DNA of 46,700 nucleotides. Origin: Actinomycetota bacterium. Its GTDB lineage: Bacteria; Actinomycetota; Actinomycetes; S36-B12. A program made the position numbers and the translations under genes. The notes beneath the pieces are model-generated. The model did not search any database, was not told the origin of the DNA, and saw nothing but the letters and a program-made list of their open reading frames with translations. Shown here piece after piece: positions 9,132-18,580 of this stretch. Position 1 is the first letter of the stretch. Every line of letters begins with the position of its first letter. The stretch lies in NCBI GenBank assembly GCA_009700485.1, contig WLLZ01000002.1, positions 1 to 46,700 of the forward strand. Direction: 5' to 3'.

Positions 9132-10277
9132 TCAGAGTCCTAGGTCCCGCCCGATGATCTCCTTCATGATTTCGTTTGAACCAGCCCAAATCTTGGAGAC
9201 GCGGGCATCAGTCCAAGCACGGGCGACGCGGTACTCGTTCATATACCCGTAGCCCCCGTGCAGTTGCACGCATCTGTCGATGACGCGATTCTGTACATCG
9301 GCACACCACCACTTCGCCTTGGCCGCGTCCGCCGGCGACAGTACGCCGGCGCAATGCACGTCGATGCAGGCGTCGACGAACGACTGCGACACGTCGAGCA
9401 TCGTGGCCAACTCGGCCAGCTGGAACTTGTTGTACTGCATTGCGCCGATGGGGGTACCGAACGCGCGTCTCTCCTTCGCGTAGGCCAAAGTCAGGTCAAG
9501 GATCGGCCGTGCATGGGCAAGGCTCGTAACAGCCGCCCCCAGCCGCTCTTGCGGTAGCATCCGCATCATGTGTTGGAACCCACGGTCGACCTGACCGATC
9601 ACGTTCAGCTCCGGCACTCGCACATCATCGAAGAAGATTTCCGCCGTGTCAGCCTCACGCTGACCGACCTTGTCCAGGTTCCGACCGCGACTGAAGCCCG
9701 GCATCCCGGCTTCGACTCCAAAGAGAGTTATGCCTTTCGACCCGGACGTGCGGTTAGTTCGTGCCGCGACGACGACGAGGTCCGCTGACCCGCCATTGGT
9801 GATGAAGGTCTTGGATCCGTTCAGGATCCAGTCCGTTCCGTCGCGCACGGCGCTTGTGCGGATCCGAGCCAGGTCCGAGCCGCCGGACGACTCAGTCATC
9901 GCAATCGCCGTGACCAGGTCGCCAGTGCAGAAGCGCGGAAGCCACCGTTCTCGCTGTTCGTCCGTGGTGAGTTCGATGAGGTATGGCGCCACGACATCGA
10001 AGTGGATGCTGAGGAACGACGGGATCGCCGCACTGACAGCCGCCAACTCCTCCATGAGTACGGCGCTGAACCTCCAATCCTCGGCCTCGCTCCCTCCGTA
10101 AACCAAGGGCACCGCCAGCCCGAGCAGTCCACGGCGGCCAGCCTCGAGCCACAAATCTCTTGGAGGGCTGCCTGTCTCGATCATCTCGGCCTGAATTGGT
10201 CGGACGCAGGTGTCTGTGAAATCGCGGGCGGTCTGCCGGAACAGCTGATGGTCTGGCCCGAAGATGCTCCGCTTCAC
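9132..10277 (-). CDS. acyl-CoA dehydrogenase
   Basis: TESSGGSDLARIRTSAVRDGTDWILNGSKTFITNG and QLHGGYGYMNEYRVARAWTDARVSKIWAGSNEIMKEII. Confidence 0.92.
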   Translation of the reverse strand: MKRSIFGPDHQLFRQTARDFTDTCVRPIQAEMIETGSPPRDLWLEAGRRGLLGLAVPLVYGGSEAEDWRFSAVLMEELAAVSAAIPSFLSIHFDVVAPYLIELTTDEQRERWLPRFCTGDLVTAIAMTESSGGSDLARIRTSAVRDGTDWILNGSKTFITNGGSADLVVVAARTNRTSGSKGITLFGVEAGMPGFSRGRNLDKVGQREADTAEIFFDDVRVPELNVIGQVDRGFQHMMRMLPQERLGAAVTSLAHARPILDLTLAYAKERRAFGTPIGAMQYNKFQLAELATMLDVSQSFVDACIDVHCAGVLSPADAAKAKWWCADVQNRVIDRCVQLHGGYGYMNEYRVARAWTDARVSKIWAGSNEIMKEIIGRDLGL

Positions 10278-10341
10278 AACGGCACCGGGGGCAGGTGATG
10301 CTTACTCCCAGAACCAGCGCCCGTCAGCAACATTGGCAGCC

Positions 10342-11154
10342 TCATCCAACCGTCCACCCAGCGTCGACCGGCAGGAGCACGCCTGTGACAAATTTCGATT
10401 CGTCAGATGCGAGGAACAGGACCGCATCGGATATCGCCTGCGGCTCGAGCCACTGAAGGTTGGGAAGCAGGTTTTTGTTCAACCCTAAGAACGTCGGCCG
10501 CCATTCCAAGCTCTGCTCCATCGTGCCGCCCTCCTGGAGCATCTTCGTGTTGACGCCCCCTGGCGCAATCGCATTTACACGGATGTTGAACTCACCGGCT
10601 TCAACGGCCATGACGCGCATGAGCCCGACGACGCCTGTCTTCGCAGCCGTGTAGGCACCTGAACTGGGTCCAGGTTGGATGGCGTTGCTGGATGACGTCA
10701 TGATGACTGACCCGCCACCACTCTCGATCATGAGGGGCATGAAGGCTTTGCAAACCTTGTATGCACCCGTGAGCAAGACGTCGACGAGTTCGTCCCACTG
10801 CTCCTCAGGTGTCTCCCATGTGTTACGCGCGATGCTCCATATGCCGTGGTTGATGACCAAGATGTCTAGGCGTCCGAACTCCTGCCTGGTGCGCTCGGCG
10901 AGTTGCTCGAGGCCGGCGCTGTTTCTTGCGTCGAGTACCTCCGATAGGCACCGTTGGTCCATTCCCTCTACGCCGCGGACAGTCTCCGCAAGATCCTCTG
11001 CCGTGGCAGGAGGCGTCATGGGGTAGGCGAACGACGAGCAGGCGTCGAACGCCACGATCGAGGCACCCTCCCTCGCGAGGGTCATGGCATGCGACCTGCC
11101 CTGACCTCGTGCCGCCCCTGACACGACCGCGACCTTTGAATCGAGTCGACCCAT
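10342..11154 (-). CDS. mycofactocin-coupled-type SDR oxidoreductase
   Basis: N-terminal VVSGAARGQGRSHA motif characteristic of the SDR subfamily annotated as mycofactocin-coupled. Also YTAAK and NAIAPG. Confidence 0.8.
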   Translation of the reverse strand: MGRLDSKVAVVSGAARGQGRSHAMTLAREGASIVAFDACSSFAYPMTPPATAEDLAETVRGVEGMDQRCLSEVLDARNSAGLEQLAERTRQEFGRLDILVINHGIWSIARNTWETPEEQWDELVDVLLTGAYKVCKAFMPLMIESGGGSVIMTSSSNAIQPGPSSGAYTAAKTGVVGLMRVMAVEAGEFNIRVNAIAPGGVNTKMLQEGGTMEQSLEWRPTFLGLNKNLLPNLQWLEPQAISDAVLFLASDESKFVTGVLLPVDAGWTVG

Positions 11155-11231
11155 GATCCTTGCACCTCCCAGTTGATGTGGTTTTAAACGCCAAAAGGCA
11201 CTTCCATTCGCCCCGCCCGAGGCGCCCTGTG

Positions 11232-11663
11232 TCAGCGCAGCAATTCCCTAAGTGCGGCCGCTGCCTCGTATGCCGCTTCGACATTCAGCAGGCGTTCGCG
11301 GGCCTTCACTATCTCTGGGCCCCGATACTCCTCAGCCAGGTCGGGCATCCGTGACATCAGCATCAGGTGCAGATGGGGGTGGTTCTCACCGAACGACAGC
11401 AAATAGACCTTTTCGGCGCCCAGAACCGATCGGATTCCACCTGACAGGCGGGCAAGCACTAGGCCCAAACTTCGCTGCTGCTCGTCATCGAGGTCCGCTA
11501 GTGACTCCACGTGCCGGAGCGCGATCACCACCAGCCACCCAGGCACTTCGAACCCCGGCAGGACACAGGCCGCCCATTCCTGCTCCACTAGGACCCAGCC
11601 GCCGGCTGGCTCGTCCCCGACTAGCACGCACATGGCGCACAGGTCGTCCGCAGCGGCCATCAC
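11232..11663 (-). CDS. HIT (histidine triad) family protein
   Basis: CAMC zinc-type motif near the N-terminus and the histidine triad HPHLHLML. The start overlaps the upstream stop (GTGATG). Confidence 0.8.
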   Translation of the reverse strand: MMAAADDLCAMCVLVGDEPAGGWVLVEQEWAACVLPGFEVPGWLVVIALRHVESLADLDDEQQRSLGLVLARLSGGIRSVLGAEKVYLLSFGENHPHLHLMLMSRMPDLAEEYRGPEIVKARERLLNVEAAYEAAAALRELLR

Positions 11664-12079
11664 TTGTCTACTCTGCTTTCGTCGTCAAGAGTCGACGGCC
11701 GCGTTCTGGACGGGCGCGGAAGCGGGAAGCCGTACCTGGTGGCAGCGAGGACATGATCGAACTGAGTGGCCATCGCGTCCGGCGACCACGACAATCCGTC
11801 GTCGAAGACCACCTCGACGTCAGCGACACCCTCGACACCCTGCAATATCCTCTGGATCTCGTCGACGAAGTACCCCACTCTCATGCAGGCGGGCGACGTG
11901 AGGGAGATTGCGATTCGAACGTCGCCTGAGTCCGCGATAACCACCTGATCGACAAGTCCCATCTGCACAAGTCCCATCCCGCGGCCTGCGGCGCAGCTGC
12001 AGGGATCCACGACCGTGTCTAGCGCCTCGCGGATCCGCTCATTCGACGGGGTCGCAACGGCTCGCGGTCCAGTGATCAC
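11660..12079 (-). CDS. DUF59 / MIP18-family (PaaD-like) metal-sulfur cluster assembly-type protein
   Basis: IREALDTVVDPCS...GLVQMGLV followed by VRIAISLTSPACM, typical of DUF59. The GTG start overlaps the upstream stop (GTGA). Confidence 0.7.
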   Translation of the reverse strand: MITGPRAVATPSNERIREALDTVVDPCSCAAGRGMGLVQMGLVDQVVIADSGDVRIAISLTSPACMRVGYFVDEIQRILQGVEGVADVEVVFDDGLSWSPDAMATQFDHVLAATRYGFPLPRPSRTRPSTLDDESRVDK

Positions 12080-13182
12080 GCGTCCTGCAGAACCCGGTTC
12101 GCGACGGAAGTCGTCGAGTACGGCGAAGCCACGGGGACTCCCGCGTCACGGGAGAACTCGTCGCTATCAATGTTGCGACTGAGGCTGTCGATATCAAGTC
12201 CGTACAGTCGCGCCGCATTCTCCCCCAGAATCATGCCCCGGTGCATGTCGGTCAGCTGCGGCAACGGGCCGAATAAGCCGTACTCCTCCAGGAGATGCTC
12301 CGGGAACACGAAGCCGGAGAATGCTTCCAACTGGAGTCGCGGATGGCCCTGCATGGCGCCAGTAGCCCAAAGCATGCGCTCGAGCATCGCTTCCCCGCCT
12401 ACGTGCATCATTCCTAGGATGAGCTTGGCAAAAACGGTGGGCCGCGTCACGAGGAACGTCGGCAACGTCTCCAAGTTGATCCAGATGTTGCCGAACCTCG
12501 CGATCAGCCATGCGGTCTCCTCGACGAAGGCCGCACCACCATGGACGATCTCGAAGGTCAGGTCCGGGAAATGGTCAGCGGCACCCTCGAGGTCGCCCGG
12601 TCTGAAGAAGTTGCCGGTGGGCACCGGGCCCAGTGGTAGGGACTTGTGGATCGCGAAGTGCGTAATCCCCCGCTCGGCCGCCGCCTCGAAGAGCGGGAAG
12701 GCGACCTTGTGATCGTCCATTCGCCAGCCCACGGCCTCGGCGCCAGGCCATCCGTTCGGGTAGAGTTTCAGCCCCATCGGGGTGAACATGTCCAACTGGC
12801 GGTCGAGCTCCTCAACACCGCCGCTCGCCGACATCGGATCGACCGACGCGTACGCGCCAATGATCCGGTTCGGCCAACGTCCGATAGCATCGGCACCCTT
12901 CTCGGCCGAGGAGAGACCATCCTTGAAGGCCATAATGGGGGTCGCGTGGTATATCGCGACATCCGTGTCGCTCTCGTTGAACAACATGCCCACGGTGTCA
13001 TCCATGGACCAGTCGTGGAACACGGCCTCCCTCGGAAGTCCGTAGCCCGGGGGGACGGTCTGGTTGTTAACTGTGTATATGACGTCCCGGATGGCGGTCG
13101 CGTGAGGGACATTGGCGAAATTCGCCTCGTCCAGGTTAAATGCGTGGACAACGGCATCAATCACGAAGTGTCCGCCGAGCAT
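12076..13182 (-). CDS. amidohydrolase-2 family protein (metal-dependent hydrolase/decarboxylase/lactonase superfamily)
   Basis: N-terminal IDAVVHAF, internal FAIHKS and EIVHGG blocks, ~368 aa. Subfamily not resolvable by eye. Confidence 0.75.
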   Translation of the reverse strand: MLGGHFVIDAVVHAFNLDEANFANVPHATAIRDVIYTVNNQTVPPGYGLPREAVFHDWSMDDTVGMLFNESDTDVAIYHATPIMAFKDGLSSAEKGADAIGRWPNRIIGAYASVDPMSASGGVEELDRQLDMFTPMGLKLYPNGWPGAEAVGWRMDDHKVAFPLFEAAAERGITHFAIHKSLPLGPVPTGNFFRPGDLEGAADHFPDLTFEIVHGGAAFVEETAWLIARFGNIWINLETLPTFLVTRPTVFAKLILGMMHVGGEAMLERMLWATGAMQGHPRLQLEAFSGFVFPEHLLEEYGLFGPLPQLTDMHRGMILGENAARLYGLDIDSLSRNIDSDEFSRDAGVPVASPYSTTSVANRVLQDA

Positions 13183-13330
13183 GTCGTTCCTCCTAGGTAT
13201 GTCGCACGACCTGCATGCGAGGTCATCAGGTAGACAGCAAGTTTCGATACCTCTGCCTCGCCTCTCCGGCGGGCCCCGAGGCTAACTGGTGCGGAGGACG
13301 CGAAAGGCGTCCTCCGCACCACCGGTTAGG

Positions 13331-14425
13331 TCACCACTCGGCAATAAACTCCGAGCTATTGTCCCCGCGGACCTCGGGGGCCGGTAGGTTCCGAATCTCC
13401 TCGACTTTGGCACCGCAGAGGATTTTAGCCATGGTCTCCACGGCGTAACTGCCGTCAAGGGATGGGCTTTGGACTAGCGTCCCGTACATCTCCCCAGCCT
13501 TGATGGCCGCTTCGGCCTGCTTTGAGAAACCGTTGCCGATGATGATGATCTTGTCGGTCAGCCCAGCCTCCTTGACCGCCTGCGCGACGCCGACCGCCAC
13601 GTTGTCGTCCTGCGCATAGATGGCGTCTAACTGGTCGCCGAACTTGGTGAGTATCTGCGCCGCAACCGCCCGGGACTTCGTCACGTCACTCTCACCGTAG
13701 GCCTCGGTGAGGAGCTCGAGCTGCGGACCCGCGGCAGCCATCTGGTCCTCGAAGCCCTTCTGCCGCTCGACCTGAGCGCCGGACCCAGCGAAACTGCGGA
13801 TAGCAGCGTACTGGATGCCATCTGTGATGCCACGCTCGGCGAGGCCCTTCAGCATGAGGTCGAACTGGAGCTTGCCTTGTATGTAGTTGTCCGGCCCCGT
13901 GAAAGCAAGTCGGTACTGCTTCCCGGACGCATCGATGTCCTGGTTAATGAAGGTCAGCGGGATACCTGCGTCGCTCACCGCAGCCGCCGCCGGAATGATG
14001 CCCTTCGGATCGGCCGACCAAACAATGATGCCGTCCGGAGCACTGGCCGCGGCCGCAGCCAACTGCTGGGCCTGAAGCTCGGCATTGAACTGACTGTCAA
14101 GGAGGGTCAGGTCGATGTTGAGCTCCTCCGCCCTCTTCTTGGCAGCTTCATCGGTGGCGGCCGCGTAGGTATTCGCAAAGCCGACCGAGATGAAGGTCAC
14201 CGACTTCTTGTCAGCCGGAGCCGTGCACTGTGCCTCCGGGGTCGCGCTCTCAGCCGCAACTGCGCTTTCAGACGGCGCAGGCGCGCTCTCAGCCGCAACT
14301 GCGCTTTCGGACGGCGCAGGCGCGATTGACGTGCTGCTCGATGAAGACGAGCCGCCGCCGCAGGCGCTCACTACAAGTGCTAGGGCCGCCGCGGTGACCG
14401 CGAGGCCAAGTGTGTTACTTTTCAT
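13331..14425 (-). CDS. sugar ABC transporter substrate-binding lipoprotein (RbsB-like, CUT2)
   Basis: Lipobox LVVSACGGG, a Ser/Ala/Pro linker, then a periplasmic-binding-protein type I fold pattern (VTFISVGFANTY...IIIIGNGFS). Confidence 0.88.
   Translation of the reverse strand: MKSNTLGLAVTAAALALVVSACGGGSSSSSSTSIAPAPSESAVAAESAPAPSESAVAAESATPEAQCTAPADKKSVTFISVGFANTYAAATDEAAKKRAEELNIDLTLLDSQFNAELQAQQLAAAAASAPDGIIVWSADPKGIIPAAAAVSDAGIPLTFINQDIDASGKQYRLAFTGPDNYIQGKLQFDLMLKGLAERGITDGIQYAAIRSFAGSGAQVERQKGFEDQMAAAGPQLELLTEAYGESDVTKSRAVAAQILTKFGDQLDAIYAQDDNVAVGVAQAVKEAGLTDKIIIIGNGFSKQAEAAIKAGEMYGTLVQSPSLDGSYAVETMAKILCGAKVEEIRNLPAPEVRGDNSSEFIAEW
14244..14321. repeat. 2 x 39-bp tandem duplication inside the SBP linker (1 mismatch)
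   Basis: GCGCTCTCAGCCGCAACTGCGCTTTC(A/G)GACGGCGCAGGC occurs twice back to back. It encodes APAPSESAVAAES twice. Confidence 0.9.
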
Positions 14426-14447
14426 TCGCCAACCTCTTTCATTTGGT

Positions 14448-14473
14448 GGTACGGGTCTGTGGTACGGGTCTGT
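14448..14473. repeat. 2 x 13-bp perfect tandem repeat GGTACGGGTCTGT (partial third copy to ~14480)
   Basis: Read directly in the 84-bp gap between the permease stop and the SBP start. Confidence 0.9.
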
Positions 14474-14509
14474 GGTTCGTGCCCAATATTTCGGGACGAG
14501 TCATGCGCG

Positions 14510-15511
14510 TCATCCAGTGGCCGCCCCCCTTCTTGAACTCATTAAGCGGATACGTCTGCCCACTTGTCTTCTGATGGCGCGAACGACGTCCGCGAGCTGG
14601 TCCGCGGCCACGACGAGCAGCAAGATGGAGCCGTACGTGATGTCGCGAACCATGGCCGACATGCCCTCGGCGTCAAAAGTGGAACCGATCCATGCGAGAA
14701 GCAGTGCCGCCATCGCTGTTCCCAGCGGGGATCCTGTTCCTCCTGTCAGTGCCGTCCCCCCGATGACGACCGCTGCCACGGCCAAGAGCGCTACCCCGAT
14801 GCTCTGGTTTGGGTTGGCGGCATCGAGTTTGATGGCCGTGAGCCAGCCCCCGATTGCTGCGCAGAGGCCGGAGATGATGAACCCTTGGAAGACACGCCAA
14901 CGCACCGGGATGCCAGCCGCACGTGCAGCGTCCTGGTTCCCGCCGAGCGCGTAGAAGTCGCGGCCTGTTCGGGTCCGGAGCATGAACAACTGAAGGACGA
15001 TGAGGGCGATCAGGAAGATGATCACCGGCGGGGTGATCACCCACCAGACCGGCTTCAGGAAAGCGATGGCCCCCGCGACGTTGTTCCCTTGAACGGGCGC
15101 CTCATCGGTGATCAGGTACGCTAGGCCGAGCCCTATCGACCCCGTTGCGATGGTTGCGATGAGGGAGTTGATGCCCATCACGCCGACAACGAACCCGTTG
15201 ATCACCCCCAGCACCAGTCCAATTGCCGCCGCCGCGAGGAGTGCCAGACCCGGATTCGACGTTCCGGCAAAGATGGTGAAGATGGCGCCTAGCGCATACG
15301 TTGTGCCCACGCTAAGGTCAAACTGCCCCTGGATGATGACCACGGTGAGCCCCATGGCGATAAGTCCCGCAGTCGAGGCCCGGACGAGCACCTGCTGAAT
15401 TGAAACGGTGGCGTCGGGCAGCAATAGATTAAGTACGACCATGACTACCAGGGCAATCAGGAGGATCCTGGCTTCTGGCCGGCGACGAACGCGGCTGACA
15501 AGAGCATTCAC
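14510..15511 (-). CDS. ABC transporter permease (RbsC-like)
   Basis: Polytopic hydrophobic protein with the CUT2 permease pattern (RTRTGRDFYALGGNQDAARAAGIPV). It overlaps the upstream gene by 4 nt. Confidence 0.9.
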   Translation of the reverse strand: MNALVSRVRRRPEARILLIALVVMVVLNLLLPDATVSIQQVLVRASTAGLIAMGLTVVIIQGQFDLSVGTTYALGAIFTIFAGTSNPGLALLAAAAIGLVLGVINGFVVGVMGINSLIATIATGSIGLGLAYLITDEAPVQGNNVAGAIAFLKPVWWVITPPVIIFLIALIVLQLFMLRTRTGRDFYALGGNQDAARAAGIPVRWRVFQGFIISGLCAAIGGWLTAIKLDAANPNQSIGVALLAVAAVVIGGTALTGGTGSPLGTAMAALLLAWIGSTFDAEGMSAMVRDITYGSILLLVVAADQLADVVRAIRRQVGRRIRLMSSRRGAATG

Positions 15512-16533
15512 CGAGACCGACCTCTCCTCGCGATTGCATCTCCGCCAACCACTGCGACGATCAGGAGGCCTGTCACAACGGGCTGCAGGGCCGTCGGGAG
15601 ATTGAGCAAGATCATGACATTCGTGATGACGCCGAGGAGCAGTACGCCGACTACAGTTCGCGCTGCGTCACCTTTGCCCCCGAACAGACTGGTGCCGCCA
15701 ATCACGACTGCCGTGAGGGCGTAGATCTCATACCCAGCTCCCACGTTGAAATCCGCCTGGCTCCCATAGGCCCCGGCTAGCACACCCGCAAGCCCGGCAA
15801 GCGCTGCGGAAATGACGAAGGCCCCGATGAGGGTACGTCTGACGGGCAACCCCGAAACCCTTGCCGAGGACCGGTTGGCACCGACCGCGTAGACATTGAA
15901 TCCGAAGCGGGTCTTCCGCAACACGAACTGGATGGCGACGGCTGCCGAGAAGAAGACAACGACTAGGACAGGTACTGGACCGAGGCTCGCATTGGCGAAG
16001 TCCTTGAGTGTCCCCGGATAGCCGTAAACGGCATTGCTGTCGTTGAGACCCTGATTGATGCCCTTCACGACCGTCAGGACCGCAAGCGTGACGAGGATTG
16101 GATTACCGCCCGCCGCGATCACGACACCATTGGTCAATCCGACGAGCATCGCCGCGCACACGCCTCCCAATAGGGCAATGGCGAAACCGTAGCCTCGCTC
16201 GTCGAGCATGAGTCCTACGATTGATCCCAACGCCACCTGGGCGGGAACCGACAGATCAGCCAGGCTCCCACTGATGACAACGAGTGTCATGCCGATGGCC
16301 GCCAGTCCTGCCAACGACACACTCACCAGCAGCGCCTCCACGTTGCCCACCGTCGCGAACTGCGGAACGGCGAGACTGGCGACGACAACGGCGATGACCG
16401 CGATCACGAAGATCTGGCGGTCCTTGAGGACTCTCCACGGGCTAGGCCCCGAAATCTCACCTACCTCGACGACAGCCACCGGTCCCAGGTTCATGACAGG
16501 CACTTCGACAACGGCGAAGTCATGGGGTCGCAT
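15508..16533 (-). CDS. ABC transporter permease (RbsC-like)
   Basis: KTRFGFNVYAVGANRSSARVSGLPV motif and a multi-TM profile. The start may lie downstream of 16533. Confidence 0.88.
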   Translation of the reverse strand: MRPHDFAVVEVPVMNLGPVAVVEVGEISGPSPWRVLKDRQIFVIAVIAVVVASLAVPQFATVGNVEALLVSVSLAGLAAIGMTLVVISGSLADLSVPAQVALGSIVGLMLDERGYGFAIALLGGVCAAMLVGLTNGVVIAAGGNPILVTLAVLTVVKGINQGLNDSNAVYGYPGTLKDFANASLGPVPVLVVVFFSAAVAIQFVLRKTRFGFNVYAVGANRSSARVSGLPVRRTLIGAFVISAALAGLAGVLAGAYGSQADFNVGAGYEIYALTAVVIGGTSLFGGKGDAARTVVGVLLLGVITNVMILLNLPTALQPVVTGLLIVAVVGGDAIARRGRSR

Positions 16534-18073
16534 ACCGCATGACGGTCTCCTCAGTGATCTGACTTCCCGTCAGTTCGGCCGTAACCCTGCCATCGCGCAT
16601 GACCAGAACCCGATCGCTGACACTAATGAGTTCCGGTAGATCCGATGACACGACGATTACCCCGGTGCCCTTGTCGGCCGCATCCTTGAGCAAGCCGTGA
16701 ACCTGGGCCTTGGCGGCTACGTCGACTCCCCGAGTCGGCTCATCAAGGATCAGCACTCGGAGCGGCCGGTGCAACCACTTCCCCAGCACGACTTTCTGCT
16801 GGTTCCCGCCGGAAAGTTTGCTGGCCGGTAGATCGGGGGTCGGCGGCCGAACGTCATAGTGCTTAACGATCATGGATGCCAAGCGCTGCCGGGCGCGGCG
16901 TGCGAGGAACCAGAACCTACTGAGTTCACCGACAGAAGGTGCGACGGCATTGTCCCCAACACTTAGGTCCATTGCCAGTCCCTCGAGATGACGGTCCTCG
17001 GGCACGAATGCCACACCCAGGCGAATCGCCTGCCGATACGAGCGAAGCGGGACGATCTCTTCGGCTTCCCGCACACCGGCATCACCGTGGTTCAGCGGAT
17101 CGAGTCGACACACCGCGCGCACCATCTCGGTACGGCCCGCTCCGACGAGACCGCCTATGCCGAGTATCTCGCCTTCTCTCAGTTCGAAGGACACGTCCTT
17201 GACCACATCAGTCGACAGGTTCCGGACGCGAAGCGCAATCGGTGCGCCCGGACGGGGGGGGCGGATAAGCGGAGCACCAAGGTCGCGGCCGACCATGAGT
17301 CGCACGAGTTCGTCGGGTGACGAGGAGGCTAGGGTCACGTCGGCGACCTTGACACCATCCTTCAGAACGGTGGCGGTGCTGCACAGGCCGAAGATCTCGC
17401 CAATTCTGTGCGACACGAAGATTACGCTCATCCCCTCCGCCGCGAGTCCAGCGACCAAGACGGCGAGCTCATCTGCTTCGGTGAGCGAAAGCGTCGCGGT
17501 CGGCTCATCTAGGACCAGGATCCGGGGCGACTGTGTGAGCGCCTTGGCGATCTCGACGAACTGACGTTTCGCCAGAGATAGGCGGCTCACAGTCTCCTCG
17601 ACGTCTAGGCCCGGGTGCACCCGATCCATGATCTCCCTGGCCGATCTCAGCATCGCACGTCGGCTAACAAGGCCCCTCCGCAGAGGCAGATGCCCTAGCG
17701 CAAGATTCTCGGCCACCGACAGTGGCGGAACCAGGCTTAACTCCTGATGTACCAGGGCGACGCCCGCCAGCCGGGAGGCGTGAGGCGTGAACGAAAGCGC
17801 TTCGCCGTAGACCCTAACCTCTCCAGTGTCGGGGGTCTCAAGGCCGGCGACAATCCGCATCAGCGTCGACTTGCCCGCTCCGTTCTCGCCCACTATGGCT
17901 CGTATCTCACCCGGCGCCACCGACATCGACACCCCCTCAAGCGCTTGCTCGCCGCCGAACTGCTTCGACACGAATGAGATCGACAGGGAGGGGTTCGGAG
18001 CGAGCGACTCCGGTGCGTCCGTCATCTCTATCGCCACGTTTGGTTCTCCTGTCGGGCTACGGAAATAGGTCAT
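16520..18073 (-). CDS. sugar ABC transporter ATP-binding protein (tandem ABC domains)
   Basis: Walker A GENGAGKST, Walker B ILVLDEPT and VLILDEPTRGVD, signature LSGGNQQKV. An alternative start is MTDAPES at 18025. Confidence 0.92.
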   Translation of the reverse strand: MTYFRSPTGEPNVAIEMTDAPESLAPNPSLSISFVSKQFGGEQALEGVSMSVAPGEIRAIVGENGAGKSTLMRIVAGLETPDTGEVRVYGEALSFTPHASRLAGVALVHQELSLVPPLSVAENLALGHLPLRRGLVSRRAMLRSAREIMDRVHPGLDVEETVSRLSLAKRQFVEIAKALTQSPRILVLDEPTATLSLTEADELAVLVAGLAAEGMSVIFVSHRIGEIFGLCSTATVLKDGVKVADVTLASSSPDELVRLMVGRDLGAPLIRPPRPGAPIALRVRNLSTDVVKDVSFELREGEILGIGGLVGAGRTEMVRAVCRLDPLNHGDAGVREAEEIVPLRSYRQAIRLGVAFVPEDRHLEGLAMDLSVGDNAVAPSVGELSRFWFLARRARQRLASMIVKHYDVRPPTPDLPASKLSGGNQQKVVLGKWLHRPLRVLILDEPTRGVDVAAKAQVHGLLKDAADKGTGVIVVSSDLPELISVSDRVLVMRDGRVTAELTGSQITEETVMRYATP

Positions 18074-18134
18074 GCGTGGAAATACCGAGTGGCCACGCCG
18101 AGCATTCGCGCCTCGGCCTACCTCAACCTGATTC

Positions 18135-18187
18135 TGAGCGTGCGCTCACCCTTACGCGGAGCCGTGAGCATGTCAAGCAATTTGACA
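18135..18187. promoter_or_regulatory. two palindromes upstream of the ABC operon: TGAGCG-TG-CGCTCA (18135-18148) and TGTCAA-GCAAT-TTGACA (18171-18187)
   Basis: Both are perfect inverted repeats 62-115 bp upstream of the ATPase start. On the minus strand TTGACA could serve as a -35 box, with TAAGGG/AAGGGT 16-17 nt downstream. Confidence 0.3.
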
Positions 18188-18580
18188 GTTTTGGAACGGT
18201 ACGAGACCGAACTGTTATCTCAGGCCACCACACGTGAGTGGCATTCGGCGTGACGAGTCCCAGCACTTTTGGGCAGCCCCAGAACCCAGACCCAGGTACT
18301 CTGCGCCACGGGACTCCGCTAACCCGATGGTGAATCTCTGCCAGCCATTTGTTTCGCGCGACTACCAACTGTCTTGCATTTAGCGCCACTCGCGCCTGTT
18401 GCCTCGCTGGACAAACCACGTAGAGGCGACCAAGCTTCCGCGGATCCTGGGTCTCACCGACGGTGTCCGAAGTCAGGCGCCAACTTTGGCATCCGACGAC
18501 GGTCCCGCTATTAGTGGCCGTCTCTCATTAATCTGCACATATCGTGATTTGTTTGGCATGCTTCTGGTGTGCCCATTGTT

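Noticed and set aside
11252-11929. 225-aa plus-strand ORF; similar long antisense ORFs at 42961-43644, 24807-25532 and 1807-2526
   Set aside because: All are antisense to genes with clear family motifs and have the Arg/Pro/Gly-rich composition typical of non-coding frames in high-GC DNA.
14190-14954. 254-aa plus-strand ORF across the SBP and permease genes
   Set aside because: It is antisense to two strongly supported ABC transporter genes. It is Ala/Ser/Pro-rich and matches no family.
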